Assembly (NCBI GenBank): GCA_032718475.1
Contig: JAUCBJ010008549.1
Span: 1-64,000 of the forward strand
Direction: 5' to 3'
DNA from: Nemertoderma westbladi
Lineage: Eukaryota; Animalia; Xenacoelomorpha
DNA length: 64,000 bases
The translations under genes were made by a program, and so were the position numbers. Below are positions 1 to 13,510 of this stretch, piece after piece; position 1 is the first letter of the stretch, and every line of letters begins with the position of its first letter. The notes under the pieces were generated by a model, which worked only from the letters and a program-made list of their open reading frames with translations, searched no databases and was not told where the DNA came from.

Positions 1-3000
1 GTCTTTTAATGAATTTAATAAATTGCCATTTTACGCGATTTATAACATTCCCAAAATTCCATTAATTAATCGATCAAGGGAGCGGAGATTTATATTATTA
101 TGCGTATGCGTGTACGAAAGTCTCCCAAACATAGTTAATAGCCGATAAAATTCGTAAAGTCATGTATAAACAGGACATTGACTATTAAAGAATTACTATT
201 AAATAACATCCCAGATCTGTATGCATTGGAATTACTCTAATTCTACCGCTAGCTTTGCATAATGTCACCATAGCAACAACCACGCTAGAATTAGAATTGA
301 GTTAAACGAACAATAGAAAGCTTGTCCCTTTGAATAGCATAGGGAATAAATAGCGCACTACTAGTATCCAAGGATACATACTAATACAGTGACATTCTGG
401 AAGGCATTGACTAACGGACAAATGGCCCGAATGTGTGTAATTTGTGACAAGTTGTGTGTGTGGTATTTGTGAGTTTATAGGTGAATGTTACTGCTAAGGT
501 GTGTTTACAGTAGCCAGTCGCAATCGTAAAGTAACCTAACTCTCCAAGGAATATCTGAAGTACATCTAAGCCTTTGGGACGGACAGTCGAGTGACTTGTG
601 CCGGTTGTCGTTGTCGTTGTGCGGCTACGTCGTTGGCGAAAGTACGGCGGCGTCGACACATCGGCGCTGAGGATCTCGTACTGTCCGGGGGTTGATTGGG
701 TAGGCAGCGACGCCCGCTCGCCTAAATATAAACTCATTATAATATGGATAAACTCATATATAGCAGATATGACGGAGTTGATAGAAGATGGTCTTGGTAG
801 CGGGGAACGATATATTCTACTTTCAAACGTTTGTCGATAGCTTGATACGCGGTGATACTAGTCCAACTACTACGAAGGATGATGGTCGTTATATCGAACC
901 GCCAATGTCCCAAGAGCAGCTCACGCGTGAGTTGGACTATAAGAAATTCACCGCTCGATATACGCAGCGTAATGGTACGTATATGGGCTTCTTAACTACT
1001 GGTCATTCTATCAATTTACACAATACGGACTATGTCGACTATATATCCTGCCCAGCGGAGTCGGAACCATAAGCTGAAATTCGAATGCGAAAATTCTATT
1101 CGAAATCGGCTCGAAAGAAAAGACATTAAAGAAACAAATAAACGCGGTAACTCCAACATATATTTGGAATTCTTGATAGAAGCATTGTAACAACAAATAA
1201 ATATCATCCGCGTTTCCCCTACCAGACGTGCGTCTTTGGTATTATTACGGTAAATGCCCTAGACCCAGCCAATAAACGGAAAGACATAAACATCCACGGA
1301 AACGTCGTGTTAAACACAGTTGTGTTCATTATATTTACTGGAGTTTCGAGCGAAACTTGTTTGACGTATCACCTATGCTCACTCGGCTCTAACGATCCTA
1401 GAGTAAACCTACGATCAGAGTCCCGGAATACTCGGTCAAACCTCCTCATTCCTTAGTTGGACCTCAGACCTGCGATCCTGGTGGTGTCGCGGATCCTCGC
1501 GGACGGTATTCACTGTTCAAGATCTAGTGCTACCCTAACAATTAATCGGTAACACTCCGACAGTGATTTCTAGCTAGCCGCCCATCTTACCTAGCTGGAT
1601 TATGACGCAGACACCTAATATCACTATCCAACCGTATGGTTGTCCCCGTTTAACGCGATACAACCCCTCATCAAGGTGAAGGAGAGCGTTGTACGAAACG
1701 AGTTAAACGCTATTCGATAAAGATCAAAAAAGAAACCTGCGTTTGTTCAGATAAACGTAAGTTATAACAGTAAGTCCAATCGATAAACGAATTGGCTTTA
1801 TCTCAATTCAATTGGGAAATCCAGAATCTCTAAGAAGTTATCGAACTTGGACGATCCTATTCTCTGCGAGAGTTTGTGGATGAACGTATCCAGCTACGAG
1901 CGGAGGAAAATCTGCTCGAGGAGAAGCATATCGAAACGGCAGATACCTCGACCACAATCCTACACCTTCTGATGCAATTATATTGCACCCTTCGCCTAGG
2001 AGCTACAGCCCTCCTCGTAAAGTGGCTCGCCCCAAAGAGAAAAGGACTCTTGCTAGCCTCAAGAAACTGCGTAAACGCCGTCCGCGCAAGAAAGACTAAC
2101 TGTTTAGAGTATTTTTATATTTTAGAAACTGTGATTTTGTATATTTTATAGACTTAAATCCCATTTTCTGGGAGCGGTGTAAAAGCTTTTGTGGGCTAAC
2201 TGATTCGTTTGCCTTGTTGGCCAGTTCCCCCCCAGTCGCTAAGAATACTCTCAAAGTGATCTACAGCTAAAAATAGTGCAAGTTACCAGCTTATTGGCTG
2301 ATTTGCTGTACGCAGGCATCTGGGCTCTGTTTAATCGGCCAACAAGCCTAGGGAGGTTGCGTCATAGCCTTGTTTTTGTATCTCCCAATAGAATTTGAGT
2401 TAGCCTTGATTTTGACCTATCACAGAGCTACTGAACTGAAAATTTCCTATCTCACTGCTCTTTCTCTGTGTTGAACGGGAGCTTCGTGGAATAAGGGAGT
2501 TGGTATCCTCGTATAGAGCAGTAGTCACGAGTTTTTCAAAGCCACGAAAGAACGGCTTTTTAGTGTTTTGTGCTTTCTGCTTTTTAGCTCAACACTAGTA
2601 GGTTTAATCATAAGGACATATATCCTTTAACAAACAAACTGCTGACCAAACGCACCTGATGACTGACTGATTGTCTTAACTCAAAACAAACTGGCACGAT
2701 TGATCTGTCAATACTGTGTACTGCTATTTGTTGTCGGTTATTCATTATATTTGTTGATGAATTATTATATTGGAATAACGAGAAATAACCCCGACACCCA
2801 ATATTCTTGATATACCGAAGGTAAGAGAGAAAGGTTACCAATAACGATTGTGACTTATGTTAAAGTGGTTTGAAGTGAATCTAATGTTATTTGATAGACC
2901 CTACATGAGTCAGCCTGTGTTCCTTTTATATGTGACTAAAATCAGTAAAGATTGGCAGATTAGTGTGCAGTATTGTGCAGCATTGTGTGCGAGTGAGTCT

Positions 3001-3639
3001 GTTAAAGAAGCAATTCCTAAAGAATGCGCCATATATGTGAATTATAATTAAGCCATATCGTTGTGAGTAGTTTAAGTCATAACTCTGTTTATATAGATAA
3101 AGCGCCACGTCCTAAAGGAACTGTTAATATTCCCGAAGGTAAATAATATTGTCAGAGATTATATAATACTGTCAGTCGAATAATACATTAGGCTTACATA
3201 GCAATAAAATTAAACCGTCGAACCCAATCTCCCGGGAATATCCAGCGGGTGAATGGTCGCGCACGGATTGGTTTCGACTAGTGTAGTGAATCAAATACTT
3301 GTCATAGGCTAAAAAGCGATTTAATATCTAGAAGACATCTTAATTTGGCGGGTTAAACTGCCAAAGGTCTGAAAGCGCGAACAGCCTAAAATTAATGCAA
3401 AAATTTTTTAAAAAAATTTTGAAAATATTTTTTGAAAAAAATTCTGGAAAAAATTTTGTGGGGTCATTTTAGAAATTTGTTTGTAATTTATCTGTATCGT
3501 ATCTTTGAGTCGGGTTTGTTGGGAAAACCGAGATTTCGTGACTTTTCCTAAAATTTTATGGGCTATCCAATAGAATAAATGCCTTTTATATGGCTATGTT
3601 AGTTTTCGTGCTGTTGTCCCTTTCTAGCAACCATATCCA

Positions 3640-6050
3640 GTATTTTTCGTGCTAAAATTTTCAAAAGTTATGATCACGATTATAGAACTCAAATATAAGA
3701 TTCGAGAAAATTTTTGGTAATTTTGAATGTGCCCTGTTGGGCACGAAAAAAAACAAGTAGTGCAAATATGTAAAGAAAATTCACCGCAAAATCAAATTGA
3801 TTTTTATGACCAATATACGTTCTTTAGGATGCTGATCACGAATAAAACATGGTAATATATCGTACATTGTTGATTAGGGCGATTTTGGATATGTGTCAAT
3901 GTGCGGCACGAAAAATACAAGTAGCACAAATTTGATAATCAAAAAGCATTAACCTGATTTTTAGACGTTATGGGTTTTCTGGAACGATGATCACGAATAT
4001 GACACTCAAATAGTATCAGTAGTATCCAACGAAATTCGATTTTAGCAGTTTGTTATTTTTTTCTACTTATTTTTCGTCCAACCAGACAAGCGCCAAAAAT
4101 AGTAGTTGCTTTACCACGAATGATTTTTAACGAGTTGTATCGTGATCAGCGACCTTGAAATACAGTATAGCTTCAGAATTACCAAACCAAAGGCAAAATG
4201 TAACAGCTTATGATATTGTGCTACTTGTACTTTTCGTTCTGGGGCACCAGAATGGCACCAAAATAGGGTTTGCATTACCAGAAATATTTATACATAACTA
4301 GTGTAATCGTGATCAGCGACATCGAAATCCCCCATACGTTCAGAATTATAAAACCAAACACAATATTTCTTAGTTTGACATTTGTTTACATGTACTTCTT
4401 CATACTTCTTCTCATACGCCAACCAAAAGCGCAAAGACAGAGTTGGTGTTGGACCACTAATTGTGAATGGCGAATTAGTCTCAGACAATAAAGGAATGTG
4501 TGAGGCACTACAGAATCAATATGTCTCTATGTTTTCGACTCCAGTGGCGGATCCAGTTGTTCCAGACCCGATACTCGTTACATCATCAACCACGGATAAA
4601 TAAGATCCAAGAAGACCTTGCCACGATATACGACTGGGCCGATAACAATGGCATGGAACTGCATGGTGATAAATTCGAGTGCATGCGCTATACACCAACA
4701 CAGAACCCCAGCCTGGACCGGGGTGTAAACTATACGTTTATAAACAGAGACACTGGGTTAATGAAACTATAATAGTCAAGGAAGATGTAAAGGACCTTGG
4801 AATCAACATGAGCCATACTGGCAATTTCAAGATCCACATTGAAAGCACATGTCGAGACGCTAAGCAACTATGTGGCTGGATTCTACGTGTTTTCACAATA
4901 CGCGACCCACTAACAATGAAAACACTGTTCACATCTTTAGTACGATCTAAACTCGAGTACTGTTGTCAGCTGTGGCATCCGAACAATAACATACACGAGA
5001 CTCAAAGAATAGAAGAAGTACAACGATCGTTCACGAGGAGAATCCAAGGAATGAACGAGCTTAACTACTGGGAACGCCTTAAGCAATTAAAGTTACTGTA
5101 AACTCGCTGGAACGGCGCAGGGAACGCTACATCGTCATTTACATATGGAAGATATTGGAAAACCTCGTTCCCAATTTATCAAACAAACCAATCACCCTGA
5201 AATCTAGTTTGCGGCGGGGTAGAAACTGCCAGATTCCAACCTTACTACGAAATTACAGATCAAACGTCCACAATCTGCACGAGAATAACTTGGTGGTGAC
5301 TGGACCGCAACTTTTAAACTCCTTGCCAAAGGAAATACGAGACCTGACTGGCTGCAGTCTGGAAATATTTAAACTAAAATTAGATACATATCTGAGCGAC
5401 ATTCCAGACCAACCGGGCTGCCGGGGTTACACAGCCTGCATGAGCGTCCAGTCGAACTCTCTTTTAAGATTGAATTGTAATTAAAACAATTTCAATCAAC
5501 CTTGTTTTTTATCCGATATTTCTTTTTAAACAGAATTACAATCAATCAAATTAACATTTTTAAAGTATAATATGTATTTTATTTTATTGTATTGTATATT
5601 TTATTTGGTGCGCTCGTCGAGCTCGTCGAGGGTCGCTCGCTCGTCGAAAAAATAGCACCAAAAATGATTGTTGCATTGCCAGAAAATATTTTAAACAAGT
5701 TTTATCGTGATCGGCGAACTCGTAAATCCTTATACCATCATAATTGTAATTTTTGAATCTAAAAAAAATAAGTTGGTTAGACAATACAATATTTTTGAGT
5801 GTCATATTCGTGATCAGCATCCCAGGATACCCCTAATGCCTTAAAATCAAGTTGATTTGGTAATAATTTTTATTATAAAATTTCTGCTACTTGAATTATC
5901 GTGCCGCACATTGACACAATATCCAAAGTGCCATAAGCGACAAGGTACAACATTTTTCAGTGTCATATTCATGATCAGCATCCCAAAAATATCTTATTGT
6001 CTTAAAGCAATTTGATTTTGAGGTGATTTTTCATTATCATATTTGCAGTA
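3640..6050. mobile_element. Foldback-like non-autonomous DNA element with long imperfect inverted arms, interrupted by a LINE fragment
   Basis: Repeated TGATCACGAAT and CAAGTAGCACAA motifs on the left recur inverted on the right, e.g. 3888-3933 versus 5878-5925. Confidence 0.55.
4390..5490 (+). mobile_element. CR1/L2-type LINE ORF2 3' fragment (decayed)
   Basis: QEDLATIYDWADNN..., KDLGI, TLFTSLVRSKLEYCCQLWHP, IEEVQRSFTRRI, LNYWERLKQLKL, SLERRRERY and FKLKLDTYL, with stops and frameshifts. Confidence 0.85.
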
Positions 6051-6109
6051 ACTTACGATTGGTATACTGCATTGCATCTGTATTATACAGTATATATTAC
6101 ATATATATT

Positions 6110-6680
6110 AAGAATGCTGGGCCGGCTTGTCTACATAATTGCGCCTCCACAACTCCGTATCACCCATGACATTTGCTAGATAATCCACATCTTCATTCTT
6201 CAAGTGTCTTTTAAGATGAGTCTCAAGAAAGTTATGGGCTGTCCACCTTTCCACCATGCTTATTCACTCCATAAGGGCGCCAAAGCACAAGATTGCACTG
6301 GCTGGTCATCACGGCGAAAGCAATATCCTGCAAAGCGGAGGCGGTTCCGTTCAAGTGTCAAGCTAGAGGAGACTAATGGAATACCTCCAAAGTTTATATA
6401 GTCTGATTTGAGATGTGTGCATTGTACTTGACCCGCACAATGAATCCTGCGCAGCATTCTTGTATAAGTGCCATCCAGAGATTTGTTATCCTCTGCAGTT
6501 AGTGCCTATCATGGACTCATGTAGAGCAATACTGGAACTACTTTCCATAAATAATCGAACCTTAAGGTTCCGTTTTATTTTATGGGACTACCAAATCCTG
6601 GACAGACTATCTAACGCTGCCCATGCCTTCCCCTTACGTATCCGAAGGTGTTCACCTGGCTTTCTGATCCATGCAGTTCT
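6110..6680 (-). mobile_element. RTE-clade LINE family A, 3' fragment
   Basis: RNRLRFAGYCFRRDDQPV; colinear with the 18740-19400 copy. Confidence 0.85.
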
Positions 6681-7231
6681 TGCTTTTTTCGTGCCCCAGG
6701 GGGCACATTCTAAATTACAAAAAGGTTTGACTCTTGCCGTCACTGTCAATAACAGAACTGTGGTCGTTTAAGTGAATCCGATCAGAGCGTACATGACCTT
6801 GTTGTTCTCTGACAGCCGCCGGCTAGTGAGAGGAAAGGTGGTGGTCAGCCATTGGGTGAATTGGAATGATATATTATGTAATTTGAGACACACATAAGCT
6901 GCAAAAAAGTTAAAACTCTTGGTGCGTTTGTTTGCTTATTTGTTACCTTCTACAAATTATGTGTGATACCTTACTTCAATCAGATTAAATCAAATATGTG
7001 CAAAAACTTAACTCAGAACATTGTTTAATTTATGGTATTTAATGTGTTTGTTTTATATTTGCTTTGGATTTGTGATACACATAATCTTCGAAAGTAAATA
7101 GCAAAATTATCGGGGTAGAGTGTTTGTTTATACTGTAGGCCCTATATAATTTCAGCGGAATTAGTATGTTGGTACCGTACTTCAGACACACTAACAAAAT
7201 ATTATCAAACTCGTTTAGCGACACCGGATGT

Positions 7232-7240
7232 CTATAAAGA
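7232..7240 (+). promoter_or_regulatory. Candidate TATA box for the small Ser/Thr-rich gene
   Basis: CTATAAAGA about 130 nt upstream of ATG 7367; position only. Confidence 0.35.
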
Positions 7241-7366
7241 CCTCCGCGATGCAATAAGTTCCTGCATATATTGTTATTCAAATATTTCTGTTATTAAAAA
7301 TACTTTCTTTCGGGTTCGCCGGAATCACCTCTATCAACTCGTAACTCAGAAAAAAAACGGGATAAA

Positions 7367-10300
7367 ATGAAAAGTTTTTCTCCATTTTATTCCAAGGTAA
7401 GTTTGTAGCAACAGTTTGGAATCTAAGTAGGCCTACATCAATAGATCATACATTATGTCAGTCGTAAAATATAACTATAACTTTCGGCGCAATCAATATT
7501 AACTTTGATATTGGGTCGAAGGTCCGAATGAGACGAAGGTCCGAATGGGACGAAGGAATGCTGGGCTCTAACTGCTGAGGACACCAAATCTCTGGATGGC
7601 ACATTCACAAGAATGCTACGCCGGGTTCATTGTGTCAAGTACAATGCACACATCTCCAACCAGACACTATATAACATTGGAGGTGTCTCATTGGTTCCCC
7701 CAAGCTTGACACTAGAACAAAATCGCCTCCGCTTTGCAGGACATTGCTTTCGGCGTGAGGACGAGCCAGTGCATAATCTTGTACTTTGCCAGCCTCATGG
7801 AGTGAATAAGCATGGTGGACAGCCCATGACTTTCTTGAGACGCATCTTAAAGGACACTGGCCTTGAAGATGTGTATGATCTAGTAAATGTCATGGGTGAT
7901 AGGGAGTTGTGGCGGCGCAATTCGGCACAGCATTCTTAAAAATGCAGCTGCAACGCAGCATGCCGATTCTAGTAGCGAGATTCTATGTTTAAATCGATTT
8001 TTCACCGTACTTTATCCAGTTAAACAGTTATCTAAAACCGTCAAATATTTAACTTATTCTATCTTAATGACGTTGGTAATAAATTTAGGGAGTAGGCCCC
8101 GGGTAGGAATTTCTTCCAAAAATCCCGGTAACCAGTATTGTTATATGAAAATGTCTCCACTCAATGAAGAAATGTTTCCAATAATTAATATACCTAACCT
8201 TAATACGAACGTTATTATAATACGCCTATTTATATGCGAATATACAGTAGGATAAGCTTCTACATCTACATATTTATTTAACCCTATTAGTAGCCTACCG
8301 CCTACCGGGCTATATAATTTTGTACAAATACAAATACCGGAGGTCAATTTTTACTCACTTATACGACGATGCTATAAAATCACATTTTCATGTTTTCTGG
8401 GGCGCTGATCTTCCCCTGGCTCAACAAATCAGTAACAAATTTGTATGTCACAATTCACCCCCCCTTCGCCACGTAAATATTATCTTAGCATCATTCTTTG
8501 CCGGACCTTCGTCTTGGTGATTCGGACCTCCGTCTCATTCAGACCTCCGTCCCATTCGGACCTTCGTCCTGTTGTTTCGGAGTTTCGTCTTGGTGTTTCG
8601 GACCTTCGTCTTGGTGATTCGGACCTCCGTCCCATTCGGACCTTCGTCCCATTCGGACCTCCGTCTCATTCAGACCTTCGTCCTGTTGTTTCGGACTTTC
8701 GTCTTGGTGTTTCGGACCTTTGTCTTGGTGTTTCGGACCTCCGTCCCATTCGCACCTCCGTCCCATTCGCACCTCCGTCCCATTCGCACCTCCGTCCCAT
8801 TCAAACCTCCGTCCCATTCGGACCTCCGTCCCATTCGGACCTACGTCCCATTCGCACCTCCGTCCCATTCGCACCTCCGTCCCATTCAGACCTCCGTCCC
8901 ATTCGCACCTCCGTCCCATTCGCACCTCCGTCCCATTCGCACCTCCGTCCCATTCAGACCTCCGTCCCATTCGGACCTCCGTCCCATTCGGACCTCCGTC
9001 CCATTCGCACCTCCGTCCCATTCGGACCTCCGTCCCATTCGGACCTCCGTCCCATTCGGACCTCCGTCCCATTCGCACCTCCGTCCCATTCGGACCTCCG
9101 TCCCATTCGGACCTCCGTCCCATTCGGACCTCCGTCCCATTCGCACCTCCGTCCCATTCGGACCTCCGTCCCATTCGGACCTCCGTCCCATTCGCACCTC
9201 CGTCCCATTCGCACCTCCGTCCCATTCGCACCTCCGTCCCATTCGCACCTCCGTCCCATTCGCACCTCCGTCCCATTCGCACCTCCGTCCCATTCAGACC
9301 TCCGTCCCATTCGGACCTCCGTCCCATTCGCACCTCCGTCCCATTCGGACCTCCGTCCCATTCGGACCTCCGTCCCATTCGGACCTCCGTCCCATTCGCA
9401 CCTCCGTCCCATTCGCACCTCCGTCCCATTCGCACCTCCGTCCCATTCGGACCTCCGTCCCATTCGGACCTCCGTCCCATTCGCACCTCCGTCCCATTCG
9501 CACCTCCGTCCCATTCGCACCTCCGTCCCATTCGCACCTCCGTCCCATTCGCACCTCCGTCCCATTCGCACCTCCGTCCCATTCAGACCTCCGTCCCATT
9601 CGGACCTCCGTCCCATTCGCACCTCCGTCCCATTCGGACCTCCGTCCCATTCGCACCTCCGTCCCATTCGCACCTCCGTCCCATTCGCACCTCCGTCCCA
9701 TTCGGACCTCCGTCCCATTCGGACCTCCGTCCCATTCGCACCTCCGTCCCATTCGCACCTCCGTCCCATTCGCACCTCCGTCCCATTCGCACCTCCGTCC
9801 CATTCGCACCTCCGTCCCATTCGCACCTCCGTCCCATTCAGACCTCCGTCCCATTCGGACCTCCGTCCCATTCGCACCTCCGTCCCATTCGCACCTCCGT
9901 CCCATTCGCACCTCCGTCCCATTCGCACCTCCGTCCCATTCGCACCTCCGTCCCATTCGGACCTCCGTCCCATTCGCACCTCCGTCCCATTCGGACCTCC
10001 GTCCCATTCGGACCTCCGTCCCATTCGGACCTCCGTCCCATTCGCACCTCCGTCCCATTCGCACCTCCGTCCCATTCGCACCTTCGTCCCATTCGCACCT
10101 CCGTCCCATTCGCACCTCCGTCCCATTCGCACCTCCGTCCCATTCGCACCTCCGTCCCATTCGGACCTTCGTCCCATTCGGACCTTCGTCCTGGAACTTC
10201 CCGGTCCAGGCAAAATCCACATAAATATCAGGCTGATTATCTTCAATAAAATATACGATCGGTAACAATCATATTTAATTGATTTTCGCTAATGGTTTTG

Positions 10301-10830
10301 TTTCTAATGTCGAGTCTAGATTCCGATCTGGGTTTTATTCCAATAAGCAAATCACTCCAATTTTTAATACCGCTAGAAACAGCTTATATTTATTAAAAAA
10401 CTTTAAAAATTATTTATTAACAATTTATTTATCATTTACATTTCCTATATAGAGGTATTAAATTACTGTAACATTTTTTTAGATTGTTATCATCTGTTTG
10501 GTTGGCTGCGTCGTTGTTCAAACTACGAAGGTTGCGGAGGCTGGTTCAACAAGTTCAACCAACGCAACATCGACGACGACTACAACCACCACATCACCGA
10601 CGACGGTTACGGATGCTGAGACAACAAGTTCAACCAACGCACCCACCACACCAACGACGCCGGCTGGGACAACAGGCTCAGAAAACACGGATCCGACGGG
10701 GGCCAGTGACAAACCGCTTGAGACATCATCGGTGGAGGTCAGTGACGCATCAACCCAGGATGGAGTCGAGGTCCCGGTTGCAAGCTGCCTGGCACTCATA
10801 GCTGCCATGGTACTCGCCAAGTATATGTAG
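7367..10830 (+). CDS. Small Ser/Thr-rich mucin-like secreted or GPI-anchored protein, 2 exons (7367-7396, 10483-10830), about 125 aa
   Basis: AAAATG start, MKSFSPFYSK, then AAG|GTAAGT donor; acceptor TTTTTTTAG|ATT, both phase 0. Product is signal-like MKSFSPFYSKIVIICLVGCVVVQTTKVAEA, a T/S-rich body with an NAT sequon, and a hydrophobic C-terminus VPVASCLALIAAMVLAKYM. Confidence 0.75.
7557..7975 (+). mobile_element. RTE-clade LINE family A, 3' fragment
   Basis: MLRRVHCVKYNAHISNQTLY...RLRFAGHCFRREDEPV...RELWRR, with a degenerate TAG tail. Confidence 0.88.
8500..10192. repeat. 17-bp minisatellite (GSACCTCCGTCCCATTC)n, about 99 copies, in the intron of the small gene
   Basis: Direct reading. 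An inverted 2.5-copy partner (CGAAGGTCCGAATG) lies at 7515-7557. Confidence 0.97.
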
Positions 10831-12249
10831 AAACCATCCCAGCATAACGTGAGAATGAAGGATTTGTGTGAAATGCATCGAGATTTATTTGTTGGAAGAA
10901 TTCACAAAAAAATTTACAAAAAAATTTTTTGAAATATTTAATTAGTAGTAGTTTCGGGATAGGCCCGGCCCTTTATTCTCCGAAATATATACAGTAATAT
11001 TACTAAAATTATTAATCAACTCCCAAATCACGTAATATGTAAGTTAATGGAAGGTAAATACTCGCCGAATCAGACTGTCGCCGAAATAGCGATTGCTAAT
11101 TTTTTACCTACATAATTAACATAATTTGTGCAATTATTATTTTTAATGCAAAGGCTCTTATAGTGTAGGAAGGTCATCAAGTGCCCAAAATTTAATTATT
11201 TATAAATACGAAGGCATTCTGAAACGACCTTATTACCAGAATTTTAATAAATGCTTATGTTCAAAAATTATTTGAAAAAAAAACATTTTTTTGCAACATT
11301 GTTGACACATTTTGCCAATTTTTTTAACCAAAATTTGACACTTTATGACCTATGATTCCTCTACCACAAGCAAAATAAAAAAAAATTGGTAACATGAGGT
11401 GTTAAGCATCACCCAATCATCGTTCATGACAAATTTCAAGAAAGAAATTTCAAGAAACTTCATTAGAAACTTTTGAAAAGCCTATGCATTTTGAAATTAA
11501 AAATTTTACATTCTTCAGAAAACACATTTAATATTTATCGTTTAACATTTAATTTATTGTTTCTATAATACAGTAATATAAAACTTCCACATTATTATAT
11601 ATTGCATATATAAGCTATTATAATTTAGTAATGTGTTGGTGGGGGGTGGGGGGGGGGCTGGTGGTGTTTGTTCCGTTGGGGAGAAGAGGGGCGGGGGGGG
11701 GGGGGGGGGGTATCGTATATTCGAGATAACTTTAATACTTTTTTAACTCAATACTTTATTATTTTTTCTATCATCTTTACACTATTCGAGATAAGGCTTG
11801 TTATATTTTATCACATTTGTTATTGGCCCACCAGGCTCACATCCAAACCAATTGTGTTTTGTTGTATGCAGAGCGAGAAAGGTAGATTATAGTGAGAGGC
11901 GAGAAGATAACTATAATTCGTTCATCGTGGATAGCAATTTATTTTTGAAATTTTTTGAAAAACTCGATTTTGACTTCTCACTTTTTATCTTGGATGGAAT
12001 ATTGGAATATTTTTCCAAATCAGGCGACCTTGAAAGCTGATGGATTATTGTTGTGAGGAAGTTAGTCGTACAGTTTGGATATAGAAGTTACCGCGAGTAG
12101 CAGAGCGAGTACAGTACAGTATGGTAGTAATGTATTGTAGACGTTTTCCTAAATAAGTTTTGTAAGGTACAGTAGTTGGTAAGTTATTAGTGGTGGAATT
12201 TCGTCGTAGGCCTACATCAGTAGTCCTACTTGGTGCTTGTAAAGTAAGT

Positions 12250-12535
12250 CCAGTAGAAGAATAGAGAGAGATTTATAAATAGGGTTAGATGACGATTGGT
12301 AGTGATTGTAAGTAATGCATCGGAGTAATTTATTAGTTTTAATTTTAATTGGTTTTATATGGGTACTACACCAAAGGAGAAATACCGTACAAAAGGTAAG
12401 GGTGTATTATTAGAGAGTTGTCTGAGAATATGTAGTGGAAATATATTATGACGTAGTTTGTAAAAAATGGCAGTTGATTTATATTTTTTTTTTTCAATAT
12501 AGTCAATGTGATGTTTCCAATTTAAATTACTAGAA
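12250..12535 (-). mobile_element. CR1/L2-type LINE fragment (decayed)
   Basis: SSNLNWKHHIDYI...AIFYKLRH...LRQL; related to 48100-48360. Confidence 0.6.
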
Positions 12536-13301
12536 AGCCAGCAAGCTGGCTGGAAGGAGCCCGGGGGAAGAATCCTAGCCAAGACTATTACAGATGAACT
12601 ATGTCAGTCATCAGTAAGTAAACTAAACAATTATCTGAACTGCAAGGCGTGAGGCTAGCTGTCTTTTGGCTCGTCCCACATAATAAAAAATGAAACTTTG
12701 CTACCACTAACAAAAATATAATATGAATCAAATAATTTCATTATCAAGCACGTTTACAAGACCTTAGAGATTGAGTTAGGTTAGGTTTGTCGGCTCTACC
12801 GACAAACCGTGCGAGACTATAAAAAAAAATACCAAAGCAGTGAGTTTTTTGATTCACCTGTCCCCTCTACTGTAGGAAACTGGCTGACAGAAAACGGACG
12901 CGCCCGACAAGTAAACCAATCTTGTAGGAACGTGAGGATGCTACTACCCGGGTTGCCTCTACTGTACGTGTACCTTTCTAACCGCGTGTAAATAAGCGTG
13001 GAACTCAGACATAAACTCACTGTCCAGATTACTGAAAAGAAGGTTACGGTATAGGTTGCTAAATAACGTATGAGCAGCCTGCAGTTTATTGGTTTATTAT
13101 ACAAATTACTAATGTCCACCGCCAGGGCGCGCATAGCAAATTGAAGGAACAGTTTCGGGTGCGCGGTAGCTAGAGCTGGTGCTTTATCGTTGAGGTGAGA
13201 TGGAACAAGTCAGTGAGTCTTACAGTATTTCAGTAGAGAAATTTGGGAGGGCAAACGTATGAGTTTAACCTGGAATAAGTATATTTTCCGCATGTTTTCA
13301 C

Positions 13302-13510
13302 CGCCCTTGGCGCCCATGTGAAGAATACCAGGATATCACTTTTCGGTCGACTTTTTATTGCAATTTTATATATGAAGATTTTTTTTAGATTCAGCCCTTC
13401 TGTAACCTGTATTTTTGGTTAAAACCTATGACATTCTTCACATGGGGGTAACTGCAAAAGTGAAATATAACAGGCAGAAAGTCTGGTATTCTTCACATGG
13501 GCCGCCCTTG
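13302..13510. mobile_element. MITE of about 200 bp with TIR GCCCATGTGAAGAATACCAG
   Basis: 20-bp inverted termini flanked by repeated CGCCCTTGG; a related inverted copy lies at about 45540-45830. Confidence 0.7.

Noticed and set aside
8445-10268. Long ORFs of 300-600 aa in all six frames (PPSHSDLRPIRTSV..., MGRRCEWDGG...)
   Set aside because: Translations of a stop-poor 17-bp satellite; open on both strands and located within an intron.
11636-11710. Poly-G tracts (also near 54245, 54973, 58428 and 59255)
   Set aside because: Simple homopolymers with G-quadruplex potential only; lengths are unreliable in assemblies and there is no supporting context.
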